From positions 37,662 to 101,661 of the IMG/VR virus record IMGVR_UViG_3300007609_001079: a stretch of DNA of 64,000 nt; one strand, written 5' to 3'. The first letter of the stretch is position 1; every line of letters begins with the position of its first letter. The notes beneath the pieces are model-generated. The model did no database searches, had not been told where the DNA came from, and worked only from the letters and a program-made list of their open reading frames with translations. The stretch is from a virus. Of this stretch, positions 11,601-22,200 are shown in pieces. Position numbers and translations under genes: made by a program.

Positions 11601-11763
11601 TTTTTGCGTGAGCAATATCTCCTGCTAAATAAATAACAGAATCTTCAATTGCATCTTGTTTAACTTGATTTAAGAATTTTTCGAATACCAACCGATATTC
11701 TCTGTGTCTTTGGAGATTTCTAATGTGTAAATCTGCCAAATGATAAATCTTGTTTATTATCAT
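8605..11763 (-). CDS. Fused SbcD/Mre11 nuclease - SbcC/Rad50 ATPase (gp47-gp46-like)
   Basis: Phosphoesterase motifs ADLH, GD, GNHD, GDIH; Walker A APNASGKS; zinc hook CDVC; signature CSGME; Walker B LVIDEGFGTLD. Confidence 0.92.
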   Translation of the reverse strand: MIINKIYHLADLHIRNLQRHREYRLVFEKFLNQVKQDAIEDSVIYLAGDIAHAKTEMSPELVQEISWFLTECAKLRETILITGNHDCNLNNNHRLDVLTPIVENLNNSRIHYLRDTGVYNIHNLTFVVYSILDDKENWPKGKDVEGENKIVLFHGPVNKAQTDIGYTVSSNSFQVDMFDGFDMAMLGDIHKRQTFGEGYEWVAYAGSMVQQNHGELLENHGYLLWDVPTRTFTEHHIHNDYGFLTVDVIDGQIPQWVYDEVDTKLPKYPRLRLRFTNTEPSDMKLRITELKKLFKVAEVTVTRTDTIGQLKTNQKVNKNIVGNVKDETFQNQLIRDYLERQYLLEEGELDKITDINKDLNTQIDDSDSMGNILWTPKTLEFSNMFSYGEGNKIKFDNAQGIVGIFAPNASGKSSLFDALSFVIYDKTSKTNVAKNILNNRSDKFYCKFNFEIDGVDYFIERTAKYVRKKTAVKVDVNFWSESGGVITSLNGEQRRETNQNIEKYLGKFEDFVLTTLSLQGNNALFIDKSQSERKEILSQFIGVDIFDKLYQKASDENRDNATLIRKFKSDDFTTKLANIDTQLKTDKSEYNLLEINQSSLTTEEDGLNKQIIYLNSKIVKLNADSGVSIEELESRLKILESKLDEVKTKKSSTQELITHREELQLTLEEILDTYDEEKLENGIQKIQEGKTKLQRAESEVDKIQIKLESLRERKEHLDKHRYNENCDVCMDNSQTILEQKASVDSQIQDGELHLVKFNEGIQIISQSLQELKDIEDEYVKYKEVKEKEDKLDREISQLINKLSTTETEEIRLDTQVVQQKQLIEEYYKNEEQIKQNKEIRSQISEVRSKLDIVKNDLKKVNKDILTLNGKVSALQNQKESIQERISEVKDLEQQSKLFDYYLNALSKDGVSYELIEKSLPMIEGEVNNILGQIVDFGMQLEIDGKNINAYLVYGDQRWSLEMCSGMERFISGLAIRVALINVCNLPRPNFLVIDEGFGTLDSENLQSLFMLFTYLKTQFDFVMIISHIDSMRDVVDNLIEIKKVEGFSHVKF

Positions 11764-12539
11764 ATAATCTTGTTTGTGTTGATGAAATTGAATAGTTCAT
11801 CTGCTATTAATTTATAACCTTCTTTATTTGGATGTTGAGTTGCACGGGTATCATATTTTTCTAAGTGCTCCCATATATCTATTCTATTTAATTTATTTAA
11901 CAAATCCCTAAAAGTATATTTTAATTCACCAAAAATAGGTTTAGTATCTATTAATTTAGTGTAATCATTCTTCAATGGTGGTTGTACCATATATTCAAAG
12001 GATTCACACATTATATATTTTATATCATACTCTTTAAATAATTTTTGTAAAAAAATTATATAATTTTGATTTACTATATTATAGTAATCCTGTGTAAATA
12101 ATTCGGTTACAAAGAATTTCTTATAATCGGATAGAAATTTATTAAATTGACTCGATACACCATGCTCATCATATGAGTTATAAAATCTATCAGGCGTTTC
12201 TAACAAATGCTTTACAGACCATGATACCCACTCACCTTGTGGTAAAAATGGAACATAATCTCTAAGAGATGATGAAAACATTATAGTAACAAAATCATCA
12301 GATGTAACATTACCATTTTCAATATCTTTGATAATATCATTAAACATTTTTCTATTTGAATTACCACTAATACCTTTATTAAGTACTTTGGGTATATTCA
12401 TTTTATCCGCCAATTTCTTTGGCCAGGCATGTTCATTTCTAAAATTTCTTTTATCGTTTGGAGATAGTGTATTTTCAATTAACACATCACTACCCTCACC
12501 TTCAGTCCAAGAACATCCATATGCAACTAATCTTTTCAT
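11760..12539 (-). CDS. SGNH/GDSL-fold hydrolase or acyltransferase-like protein
   Basis: GCSWTEG block I, NKGISGNSN block II, C-terminal HPNxxGY. Confidence 0.65.
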   Translation of the reverse strand: MKRLVAYGCSWTEGEGSDVLIENTLSPNDKRNFRNEHAWPKKLADKMNIPKVLNKGISGNSNRKMFNDIIKDIENGNVTSDDFVTIMFSSSLRDYVPFLPQGEWVSWSVKHLLETPDRFYNSYDEHGVSSQFNKFLSDYKKFFVTELFTQDYYNIVNQNYIIFLQKLFKEYDIKYIMCESFEYMVQPPLKNDYTKLIDTKPIFGELKYTFRDLLNKLNRIDIWEHLEKYDTRATQHPNKEGYKLIADELFNFINTNKII

Positions 12540-13477
12540 AAACTCATTAATTTCTGTGATATAATATCAGTAAAGTCTGTTTTCTTGGATTCTTTAAGAA
12601 TAGAATTGATTTGGGAGAATCCCATCTCACCTGCATCCTTTTCTGATGGTACTATATTTTTGGTTTCTATTCCTTGATTTTGAAATTGTAATGTATAACG
12701 TAACGCCTGTTCTTGAGCATCTTCATCAAGTAAGATATTGATGTTCTTAACTCCTTGTTTATATATATTATCATTTAAATTTCTTGGTATAAATTTACCA
12801 AGTATAGGAATTGCGTTTCTCTTCACAGCCATCGCATCGAATACTCCCTCTACTATTGTAATTGGTTCCTTCCAATTTATTTGGTTCTCAAACATGATAA
12901 TGTTTTTCGAAACCGGCGGGTTTTTATATTTAAATTTTTCCTCATCGAATACAGAACGTGCGATGAAGTAATTGAGTCTATTGTTAGAATCATAAGATGG
13001 AATAATAATACGACCGGAATAAAGACCAGTATCGCAATATCCGATATTATATCTAATAATGTCCTCTTTAGTAATACCACGAGAATTCGCATATTGTTTT
13101 ACCTTTCTGAACGTTGGGTTAAACCCCGTTGGTTCTTTTAGTAATGATTTAAATTCATTTGGTAACCTTAACTCAATCTTTTCTTCTTCGGTAGATGGAG
13201 TATATGTAACGTAATCATCCCCATAGATTTCAAAAATCTTTTTTAGTTTGTGGGAATCCGTATGTAACCTCCTTAATAGTGATTGAATTTTCTTTCCCTT
13301 TGAATCACAGACCCAACAATGCCATTGTTGAGTTTCAAGGTTTATTTGTAACTTCTTTTTGTGGTGATGACAGAATGGACAATGATGTGCCTGTTCATTT
13401 CCCTTCATGGAAGTACCAGTACCCAAAGTTTCATCAAGTATGTTTATAACTGTTATTCTATCTCTATGTGAAAGCAT
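12536..13477 (-). CDS. DNA primase (CHC2 zinc finger + TOPRIM)
   Basis: CPFC...HCWVC zinc finger; RIIIP; VEGVFDAM; LDED TOPRIM motifs. Confidence 0.9.
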   Translation of the reverse strand: MLSHRDRITVINILDETLGTGTSMKGNEQAHHCPFCHHHKKKLQINLETQQWHCWVCDSKGKKIQSLLRRLHTDSHKLKKIFEIYGDDYVTYTPSTEEEKIELRLPNEFKSLLKEPTGFNPTFRKVKQYANSRGITKEDIIRYNIGYCDTGLYSGRIIIPSYDSNNRLNYFIARSVFDEEKFKYKNPPVSKNIIMFENQINWKEPITIVEGVFDAMAVKRNAIPILGKFIPRNLNDNIYKQGVKNINILLDEDAQEQALRYTLQFQNQGIETKNIVPSEKDAGEMGFSQINSILKESKKTDFTDIISQKLMSL

Positions 13478-13494
13478 ACTAATTTTTTATTTGA

Positions 13495-13528
13495 TACAAA
13501 TATACGAAAAATATTTAATATATCCAAA
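13495..13528 (-). promoter_or_regulatory. Bacteroidota sigma-A-type promoter (-33 TTTG / -7 TATATTTG) for the primase-SbcCD operon
   Basis: Minus strand TTTGGATATATTAAATATTTTTCGTATATTTG matches the TTTG...TAnnTTTG consensus. Confidence 0.75.
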
Positions 13529-13807
13529 TTATACCATCGGAAATCCATTAACATTCACAGTTGAACGAAATGGTTTAGATTTTGGTTTTTGTTTTGTTTC
13601 TTTAATTCCTAATCGCATTTCTCTCATTTGATTTAGGAATTGTTTTGCATTATCATTATATTTCCTTTTAACAAAAATGTTCATCATCCACTCCATTCTC
13701 TTATCAGCATCAGGATCTTTACCTTGTTTGATTAATTCGTGTTTCCACCAGGTGATGAGTTTAAGTAATACTGTTCTTTGTTTGTCTGAAAGTGGGTGAT
13801 ATGTCAT
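13529..13807 (-). CDS. Hypothetical protein
   Basis: ORF preceded by a sigma-A-like promoter at about 13833-13866. Confidence 0.6.
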   Translation of the reverse strand: MTYHPLSDKQRTVLLKLITWWKHELIKQGKDPDADKRMEWMMNIFVKRKYNDNAKQFLNQMREMRLGIKETKQKPKSKPFRSTVNVNGFPMV

Positions 13808-13846
13808 AATTTTATATTTTATCTTTTACAAGACTAATATACGAAA

Positions 13847-14890
13847 TTATTCTGTAATTTCCAAATCTTTTACGTATTTTCTTAAAGGGATAAATGATTC
13901 GGTTTCAAGTAAGTTTTTCATTTTTATATCATCATACATCCGAGCTTTGTTATATTCAATTATATTATTTAGCTCATATGTATTATGATGTTTTAATAAT
14001 TCTTTAGCTGCATCTATTGCATAATCCATTCGAATTGAATCATCCATAGTATCATATGATTCATCAATAAGTGTGTCAAATGTTTTAAATCCTAATCGTT
14101 TTAGTTCATACAATGAACCCCTTGATGATATTAAAACAAATGGTAACCCGTATGAAATATTTCTCCAAGTTTTTTCCGATAAATGTAACATCTCTTCAAA
14201 AAAATTAGGATTATCATTTGTATGTTGTGAATAATATTCCGATTCTGCTATAATCTGTATTTTAGAATTATAATAAACTTCGGATTTTAAATGAAATTTC
14301 CACTCATCATGTAAATTATCATTAATATCATCAAATATAGAATCATCTATAAAATTTCTATTTTTTTTATATGTAATAAAAACATTATCTAAATTTTTAT
14401 TTCTTATTTTAAAATACCCCTCTTCCTTATGTTTTTTTCCATTTCTAACCAAATATGAATAATCATATTTTGGTATTATTTTATTTTTATTTGGTAAATA
14501 ACTATTAAATGGATTTAAAGCAAATGTTGGAATATATAACATGGTTATATTATGATTATTATAATGAACAACGCCCTTATTATATGCATTATTATAACAA
14601 ATTATACCACGGTTTCTGTTAACTTTAAATTCATCTAATACATTATAAAAGCGAGTATATTCTAATCTTAATATTTGAGGATACCCTTCAGGCCCATCAT
14701 CTAACAAAAATATAAGTTTATCATTTTTTAAAAAGTTTGTCCAGTATTCATCATGTACTTCTTGAGTATTTATAATAAAATATGCATCTTCACCTTTATA
14801 GTTTTCAATGATATCGCATTCATATCCAAATCTATTTATTATTTTATATAATAAACGTTGATTATTATTATTTGTGATATAAAATTTCAT
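13847..14890 (-). CDS. Glycosyltransferase-like (GT-B-type) phage accessory protein
   Basis: SEKTWRNI...PFVLIS...GFKTFD...DESYD motif, shared with 41329..42369; resembles GT10/exostosin-like C-terminal motifs. Confidence 0.45.
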   Translation of the reverse strand: MKFYITNNNNQRLLYKIINRFGYECDIIENYKGEDAYFIINTQEVHDEYWTNFLKNDKLIFLLDDGPEGYPQILRLEYTRFYNVLDEFKVNRNRGIICYNNAYNKGVVHYNNHNITMLYIPTFALNPFNSYLPNKNKIIPKYDYSYLVRNGKKHKEEGYFKIRNKNLDNVFITYKKNRNFIDDSIFDDINDNLHDEWKFHLKSEVYYNSKIQIIAESEYYSQHTNDNPNFFEEMLHLSEKTWRNISYGLPFVLISSRGSLYELKRLGFKTFDTLIDESYDTMDDSIRMDYAIDAAKELLKHHNTYELNNIIEYNKARMYDDIKMKNLLETESFIPLRKYVKDLEITE

Positions 14891-14916
14891 AAATTAAATA
14901 TAAGAAATAGTTTACA

Positions 14917-15357
14917 CTATTCCAAATCTTTTCTAAAAAACTTTCCTAAGAGGTTATCATTCAAGGATAACTCATCTCCCAATACATCATGTGCGAATTG
15001 TTCTTGTAGTTCGTAGTAGGTTAGTGATTTCTTATTTGAACAGAAGCGAAGTATTTCTAATTTACATTGGGATGTACTTTCATTGGTAGAAAACCAACTA
15101 TTTACAATTTTATTTGAAGAACGATAATCCTTCCAATCTGATTCTTTAGTAACCATCTCATATTTCTTTACTCTCTTGTCTTCCAGAGCAGCAATTTCTT
15201 TTTTACCGAAATTTCTTTTACGAACCGAAACTACTTGTTTCTTACCAATATAGAATTCACCTGTTGTAGTGTTTGTGATTTTATAAATAAATCCAAAAAC
15301 ATCATCTGGCATATCCGATAGTTCTGTAATATAGTTTCCATTATATATCCAACTCAT
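14917..15357 (-). CDS. GIY-YIG family endonuclease-like protein
   Basis: GFIYKITN...FYIGKK motif; start adjusted to MSWIYNG. Confidence 0.65.
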   Translation of the reverse strand: MSWIYNGNYITELSDMPDDVFGFIYKITNTTTGEFYIGKKQVVSVRKRNFGKKEIAALEDKRVKKYEMVTKESDWKDYRSSNKIVNSWFSTNESTSQCKLEILRFCSNKKSLTYYELQEQFAHDVLGDELSLNDNLLGKFFRKDLE

Positions 15358-15904
15358 AGTTAAATTGTTTAAAATCATCTTTATACCTTTCTCGAACCCA
15401 ATCTTTCATCCATTCTTCATTATACATATATTTGTAATACCTTTGTTGGTTTAAATCTGGATGTTTATCATAAAGTGGATTTCGATTTAAGTGCGGAATT
15501 GTAGATTGAATTCCAATTTGTGTAAAGATATTACTTACATCTTCTTTAAAGTTTTCGTATCTACCAATGAAGGATACATCAACATTTCCCGCGTTAATAT
15601 AGTAACTTTGGGGTAATAGAACTAAATCTAAATTATTTGATTTTTTTAAAAAGGTTCCGAAATCGTAATCGGTTCTTCCTTTTCTTTTTTCGTGTAAAAA
15701 TGCAGATGTTAATCTTGTAAAAGGATTTCTAACCATAGTATAAATTTTATAGTTAGGAAATTTCTGAAATACACGAATAGAATCATGTACCATAGGAGAG
15801 GTTGTATTTTCTATATTTTGTAAAATACTTGATATAGAAGTACCACCAGTCTTAGGTATGTGAATAAATCCCCATTTATTAGAATGATTGATGAGTAAAC
15901 TCAA
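15341..15904 (-). CDS. Sulfotransferase family protein
   Basis: 5'-PSB FIHIPKTGGTSI and 3'-PB VRNPFTRLTSAF. Confidence 0.8.
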   Translation of the reverse strand: MSLLINHSNKWGFIHIPKTGGTSISSILQNIENTTSPMVHDSIRVFQKFPNYKIYTMVRNPFTRLTSAFLHEKRKGRTDYDFGTFLKKSNNLDLVLLPQSYYINAGNVDVSFIGRYENFKEDVSNIFTQIGIQSTIPHLNRNPLYDKHPDLNQQRYYKYMYNEEWMKDWVRERYKDDFKQFNYELDI

Positions 15905-15915
15905 ATCTTACGATT

Positions 15916-16098
15916 TTAGTACTTAATAGAATCTGAGTATTTTTTTAAATTCACTTTACCACCTCTTGCCTGTGCAAGGGCTTTATCATCTTTGTGAAGT
16001 TTGTTTACCTCATCTGCAGAGATTGGAGTTTTATCTTTCGATTTATCTGCCAATTTAGCAAATTCAGATTTTTCGTATAATTCTTGTATTGAAGCCAT
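15916..16098 (-). CDS. Small late protein, hypothetical
   Basis: GGAGA RBS and TATTTATA late motif upstream. Confidence 0.65.
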   Translation of the reverse strand: MASIQELYEKSEFAKLADKSKDKTPISADEVNKLHKDDKALAQARGGKVNLKKYSDSIKY

Positions 16099-16133
16099 AA
16101 TTTAATTTCTCCTTTGTATTATATAAATATAGA

Positions 16134-17258
16134 TTACGTATCAAAACGAACAATGAAGTTCACATCGTAATCCGGTAAATTCTTAATTGGTTGTGGTAAC
16201 TTAGCTACTGCAACCATATCTCCATCCTTATCATAGATACCGATTGTGGTTACCATTGGAGCAAGATATGATCCTGTTGGGTCCATTTTAGAGTTAATGG
16301 AATAATCATCCCAAGAACCACTTACAGAACTACTATACGAACTAACAAATGTTTCTCGTACTGATATATCTTGTATTTCTTTTATCTTAATTGTTTTAGC
16401 AGTAGATACGTTTGATATTGGGGTTGTTGTGAAATCATATGAGCCACTTAGGGTAACATTAACTGCCGATGGGTTTTGTGAGTAATTAAATTCACCTGCT
16501 TTTGCCTCTAATAAAATTTCGGTTTCATGGATAGTTGTAGTAGAACGATATTGTAAATCATAATCAGTAAATTCAGATACATTACTAACCACAAATCTAC
16601 CATCAGAGTAAAAAATGTTACCATATGTTTGGTTAGAAACAATGATACCATTGAAGTTTAGAATTGCAGTAAATGAAATTAAATTATTTTCAAAATTGAT
16701 GTTAGTAAGAAACATTTCATCGGTATCACCATTAAATGTTAAAATAGTACTACCGGTTTCCAAATCCATAGATAATATGGTTAACTCAAATGAATTTATC
16801 CCATCTACTATAATTAAAATCTCATTTTCAAAATCTAATTCAGAAAAGATATATGTTGGGTTTGGATTCACTAATTTACCATCCCCATCATCAACATAAG
16901 TATTATCACCAATTTGTATATTTACTGATTTTGGTTTTATCTTTTCACCAATTTTATCTCTATCTAAATCAATTACAAATATGGTATCTTCTATTTTTCG
17001 TTCACTATTAAACTCAGCGGGATTATAAAAGGAACCATAATTGTTTAATAAACCATTATCAGTATAATACTTTTTCTTGATACTTTGATAAAGTAGATGC
17101 ACAAACACACCCTCATCAGTTGGTGAGGTATCTGAATCAAATACCCCATCCACATTATACGCCTTGATAACTGGATTATTATTTTGAGAAGTATTCCATT
17201 GTTTATAAACTTTGAAACTTCTACGAGATATATTTGATTTTGGTATTGACTTTAACAT
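16134..17258 (-). CDS. Virion structural protein (baseplate/tail-associated)
   Basis: C-terminal TTIGIYD...VAKLPQPIK...VRFD, paralogous to 17339..18532; lies in the structural block. Confidence 0.65.
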   Translation of the reverse strand: MLKSIPKSNISRRSFKVYKQWNTSQNNNPVIKAYNVDGVFDSDTSPTDEGVFVHLLYQSIKKKYYTDNGLLNNYGSFYNPAEFNSERKIEDTIFVIDLDRDKIGEKIKPKSVNIQIGDNTYVDDGDGKLVNPNPTYIFSELDFENEILIIVDGINSFELTILSMDLETGSTILTFNGDTDEMFLTNINFENNLISFTAILNFNGIIVSNQTYGNIFYSDGRFVVSNVSEFTDYDLQYRSTTTIHETEILLEAKAGEFNYSQNPSAVNVTLSGSYDFTTTPISNVSTAKTIKIKEIQDISVRETFVSSYSSSVSGSWDDYSINSKMDPTGSYLAPMVTTIGIYDKDGDMVAVAKLPQPIKNLPDYDVNFIVRFDT

Positions 17259-17289
17259 AATATAATTCCTCTATATAAATATACAGAAA

Positions 17290-17316
17290 TAAAAAACCCC
17301 CACCGAAGTGAGGGTT
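17290..17316 (-). terminator. Rho-independent terminator
   Basis: Minus strand AACCCTCAC-TTCG-GTGGGGGTT followed by a U tract. Confidence 0.85.
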
Positions 17317-17338
17317 AGTGTTTTATCATTTAAGTTTT

Positions 17339-18532
17339 TTAGAAATCTAATTTAACTTTAATTAATACTTCTTTATCAAATGATTTAGCGATTGGTTGTG
17401 AAGTTTTAGCTACGGATAATAATTCGTTTGCATCGTTGTATAAACCAACAGTTGTAATATATGTTTTAGGGTCTGTTTCAAAGGTAGATTGTACAAATGA
17501 ACCATCTGAACCCGTTACGTAAGATGGGTTGTTTGAATAGTTAAATTCTCTGTTTGTTGCTCTTACGAAGTAATGTGATGTTGATACATTCTCAGTTCTT
17601 CTTGCATCAAAATCTGCCCCACCTGATATAGCGTTATATAGATATTGATGATTTTTCTGTTCAGCTGAAGTTTCTAAACTACCGCTTAACTCTCCCCCAA
17701 CTTTACTACCCAATGCAGATGGGTTTAGTACTATCAATCCTTGGTCTGGATAAAACAATCCATATCCTTCACCATTAGAAGCAGTTGTACTATCTACTGA
17801 GGCAGTAACTCCACTTCCTAAATTAAGAGAACCTTCTACTATATTAAATACTCTACCAGCTTTACCAACTGTATCTGAAAATTTCTTACCACTATCATCA
17901 ATAAAGGTTACAGATGAACTTATTGAACCACTTAAAGTTAATTCCCAGTTTCCAGCATCCACTTTTTCTTTATATCGTGAACGAGCTATATTAATTACAT
18001 ATATATCATCCGATTCATGCTCAACTGCCGATGATGATGTAAATGTAAAATATTCATCAGTTTGGTCTAATAAAATTTGTCTATATTGTGCATAAGTTGC
18101 TTTAGTTGCATAGGTTGAATCCGGGTCAGTATCTATATCAGCAGAACCTAAACCAGTTTTATGACCATATGCAACTGCAAATTGTACAGATGATGAATCT
18201 ATTGTATCATAAACATTATAATAATATTTTCCACTAGTTGATGCAATTTGTTCATCTGAAAGAAAAAATTCAGTAATCTGGCCAGTTGTATTACCCCATA
18301 AACTATCTGTTACTACTTCAACTTTACCAGTTACTTGGTCAAATTCACCAAATCTTTTGTAAATACCCGTTGAGATAGAACCACCTTGTGCAGCAATTTT
18401 ATCACCACCAGTCAAATACTGATTTATAATTTGAGATAATTGCTCGGATGTAAGATTACCTTGATTAGCCGATAGATACGATGCTAACTCTGCTGATAAA
18501 TTTACTCCCGCTTGTCCTGTTATTTGTGCCAT
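17339..18532 (-). CDS. Virion structural protein (baseplate/tail-associated)
   Basis: TTVGLYND...VAKTSQPIAK...VKLDF C-terminus; late structural operon. Confidence 0.65.
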   Translation of the reverse strand: MAQITGQAGVNLSAELASYLSANQGNLTSEQLSQIINQYLTGGDKIAAQGGSISTGIYKRFGEFDQVTGKVEVVTDSLWGNTTGQITEFFLSDEQIASTSGKYYYNVYDTIDSSSVQFAVAYGHKTGLGSADIDTDPDSTYATKATYAQYRQILLDQTDEYFTFTSSSAVEHESDDIYVINIARSRYKEKVDAGNWELTLSGSISSSVTFIDDSGKKFSDTVGKAGRVFNIVEGSLNLGSGVTASVDSTTASNGEGYGLFYPDQGLIVLNPSALGSKVGGELSGSLETSAEQKNHQYLYNAISGGADFDARRTENVSTSHYFVRATNREFNYSNNPSYVTGSDGSFVQSTFETDPKTYITTVGLYNDANELLSVAKTSQPIAKSFDKEVLIKVKLDF

Positions 18533-18551
18533 GTTCTTTTATTCTCCGTTA

Positions 18552-19181
18552 TTATGTTGGTTGTACATAAGTTACGGTTACTGGAATAGTTTGTGAACCA
18601 CCAGTTTCGTTACCATATACAGTAATTGTTGTTTTTATTGTTTGAGTAATGTTTGGATTAGGAATAAATGTAAATGTTAATCCAGTTTCTACTGCAGCAG
18701 TTGTTGTGATTTCATCACCTAAGAATACAGGAATAGTTCCACTACCAGCACTTGCACCTGCACCTACAATAGAACCTGCGTTTTTATTAGAAAGTACAAT
18801 AGTATATCCACTTTGTGAATTACCACTTGGGGAAGTTGTTGGTGTTAACGATACTTGACCAGAAGTTTGATTTACTGAAATAGAAGGAATACCAAATCCT
18901 ACCTTTGGAATTTTCTTCGTACCTTTTGGTAAAGTTACCAATTTGTATTTCAATACTTGTGTTTCATCCGGTGAAGCTTCAGTAATTGGAATTGCTCTAA
19001 TTGCTGAATCATAATAAGCAGACCCCTTTGGGTGCGCAGGGTCATATAAGGTATAATCTACCTCATCATCACCTAATGCGAATTTTGTAATGTTTAACCC
19101 TTGACCAGCCGCAAGTTTCTCTCTACCTTTTTTGGTAAGGATTGCATCTACTGTAATCGTTGAATTATCTAAATATGCCAT
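18552..19181 (-). CDS. Baseplate/tail-fibre attachment protein
   Basis: ILTKKGREKLAAG...ITKFALGD resembles the N-terminal domain of gpH-like fibre/collar proteins. Confidence 0.55.
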   Translation of the reverse strand: MAYLDNSTITVDAILTKKGREKLAAGQGLNITKFALGDDEVDYTLYDPAHPKGSAYYDSAIRAIPITEASPDETQVLKYKLVTLPKGTKKIPKVGFGIPSISVNQTSGQVSLTPTTSPSGNSQSGYTIVLSNKNAGSIVGAGASAGSGTIPVFLGDEITTTAAVETGLTFTFIPNPNITQTIKTTITVYGNETGGSQTIPVTVTYVQPT

Positions 19182-19246
19182 AATTTATTCCTCTATGTTT
19201 TCAATATATAAATATAAGTAATTTTATTTTTAGTTATTTTTTATTT

Positions 19247-22200
19247 TTAATCAACTTCTAAGATTGGTTCTCCACTTCCTCTACCACTATCATTAACCCT
19301 TAATGTATTTGGATTAGTAGTAAATGTTTGTACAGCATCTCCACCATCTAAAGTTGTAAGATGAGTTTGCTTGGAACCATTGTAGTATGAATTTTCCAAT
19401 CCGGTTGATACATCTTCTACAAAACGATAGTGAGTTGAGAATGTACCATTTAAAGGAGTTACTGTTCTATCAATAGTATTAGTAATATCATCACCATTCC
19501 ATGGTAATATGGTAACAAATTCTCTAAATTTATCAACATCAACCACATCATATATAACGTAGTCATTGGAGCCAGTAGTTGTTGGATAGCCTGATATCTG
19601 TTGCCTTTCAGCTTCAGTATATCTTTCTTTTACTTTAAATACTTTAACTCTATCTTTAATAATGTTTCCATTTCCATCTAATCGAGTTCTAATAGAATAA
19701 GAGCCACTACCAAATAAATTAAATCCCGCAACCGCCAAATCATTATTTCCGAATCCACCAACTTCAGTAAAGGTGGTTGAATCATAGAATGCATCAACAG
19801 AACCAGTCATCTTTGCATCTATGTTGAATTCAAATCCACCCATAGTTGCTTCTTCGTTTCTTTGAATAAATCCACTCTGAATTGATGAATTCGTTGTTAC
19901 AAATGTTCCATCTAAATTAGAGATATCGGAAATAATATTAACATCGGCACCACCACTTACATAACCATCATAGAATGGTTGTTCAGTTGATACGTGAATA
20001 TCCTCAGAGGTAGATACTAAAGCAAGTTTAGTAAGTTCCTCCGATGTAACAATAGTATCTTCGGTTGTATCAATAGAAACCTCGTGATAATTTTCTTCAC
20101 CACTCGGTCTATTCCATTTAGTTTTACTTCTTTCTAAAATATGCGGTTCAATCAATAATCCTTTTGCCACCTTTGCTCTTGCAGGTACTAAAGATTCTAA
20201 TTGGTCAAATAAAGTTCTATCAATATAACGAACTAATTGTACATATTCATTGAAATTTAAATTATATCTTTGGAAATAGTATTCTCTAAATGTAGTTAAA
20301 TCTTTATATGAATCATTATAATCATCAGATGGATTACCAATAAAATCATCAATATTAATTGGTCCTACTGAACGAAGGATATCCATATTGATTTCTTTGA
20401 TTGGAGAAAAGAATAATCCCAATCTATCTGAATCAATTGGTGATTGTTCATATGATTTTTGAGTACTTCTTTCTCTATAAGATAGTCCAAGACCATCTTC
20501 TCCAATTTCAGAACCATCTAAATTATATTGAGTTTCAAATCGAACTTTATTACTATAATTAAATCCACTTTGAGGAACTTGAGCAGTTACAGTTCTTTCA
20601 TATGGAGTATAGTTGTATGGATACTCTGATATTGAATCAAAATTAGAAGCAGTTGCATGAGTTTCATATGTTTGCTTAATAGCAACATTTTTAATAGAAA
20701 CATCGGTTCCTCTATCTTTTGGATATTCAAAATCTAATCTTAAAAGTAAATCTTCGGTAGATGCTGAATTATGATTTCCATTTATTGCATCTGGCAATAA
20801 AGTATGATTATCAATTACGGATTCTAATAATGGGGTTGTCCATAAACGAACTTCATCGATAGAAGCAGTTAAAGTAGAACCACCAATTACTAATTCACTA
20901 CCACTTGTCCAGCCACTCGTTCCACTAACTGAGAATGAAGTAGATACCTCGTTTCTAATTCTTTCTTGAAACCCTTCTTTTGCAAAAATCTCAAAAGTAT
21001 CATTACCACCAACAACTGATTTGTTAATCGTAATATGAGTAAACTCATCATTATAAAATGGGAATGGGTTAGTAGATTGTGATACTAAAGTAGAACCTTC
21101 TAATACTTTTAATTCTACTTTCGCATGCGAACCTGTATCTTTTAATAAATGTAAACTCCACCCACTACCACTAACAATTCGTTGGTCAACTCTTTCTTCG
21201 GTAGATAATCTAATTTCAAATGAGTTTGGATAATCATTAGTACCACTATATTCTTTCCATGGAATGGTTATTGCAGCAGAACCACCAACGTTTATTGAAG
21301 CAGTTCTATCATCATATGTAAATTTAGTTGTACCACTTTCATTAACATCTCTTGGTCCACCAAATTCCATTACAGTCAACATTGATGATGGAATACCATA
21401 ACAACTCATCAATGCATGTAATGCACGTTTAGAACCTTTGTGTTTAAGTAAATAAGGTAAATTGTTTAGTATTCTTCTCCAAATTTGATTTTGGTTTTCT
21501 TTACCTTTTAGTACCGAACCCCTAGATTCATCTATATCTCTTTCATCCCCATCTGCATTCCAATTACCATATGCATATTCCCAAAGTGCTTGAGATTGAA
21601 CGCCCATATCAGCATCCCAACCAAGAGATTCTAACATTTGGTATAAGAATTCATCCTTTATACCACTTTCATATTTGTGTTCTAATTTCTTAGATTCTGC
21701 TAATGCCTTTGTGTGCAGCCAGAGAGTATCAAAGTGTTGTCCTAACATATGGAAGAACAAAACAAATTCCTGTCCTTCATCATCATCTTGAACATGTTGT
21801 GGGAGATTTCGTACTAACCCATTTATATTATTATAATCATATGTTCTTGCATCACTTAAAAGGTTAGATGCATTTTCTCCACTAATATAAAGATGATTTT
21901 CAAACGCATCAAACCCAACAACTACTCCATTGATTTGTGATTCTAATCTTTCTTTTTCATTTGAAAGAGATATGGATGATGTATATTCTGAACCCGATGT
22001 TACTAAATCTATTCGTTGATTGTAAAAATCAATTAAATTTACTTTGTATATATAATTTTCAACTCTCTCTTCTGCAGATGAATATTTTACAAAATTTTCC
22101 CAAACATAATTCCCATTGGAACTGGTAAATTGTATATCTAATTTTTTTAAATCGAACCCACTACCACTTACAAACTGATTAACTAAATCCGTAGATGAGG

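Noticed and set aside
14917-15357. GIY-YIG ORF as a mobile homing endonuclease
   Set aside because: It is short, has no DNA-binding tail domains and is not inside an intron; more likely a resident phage nuclease.
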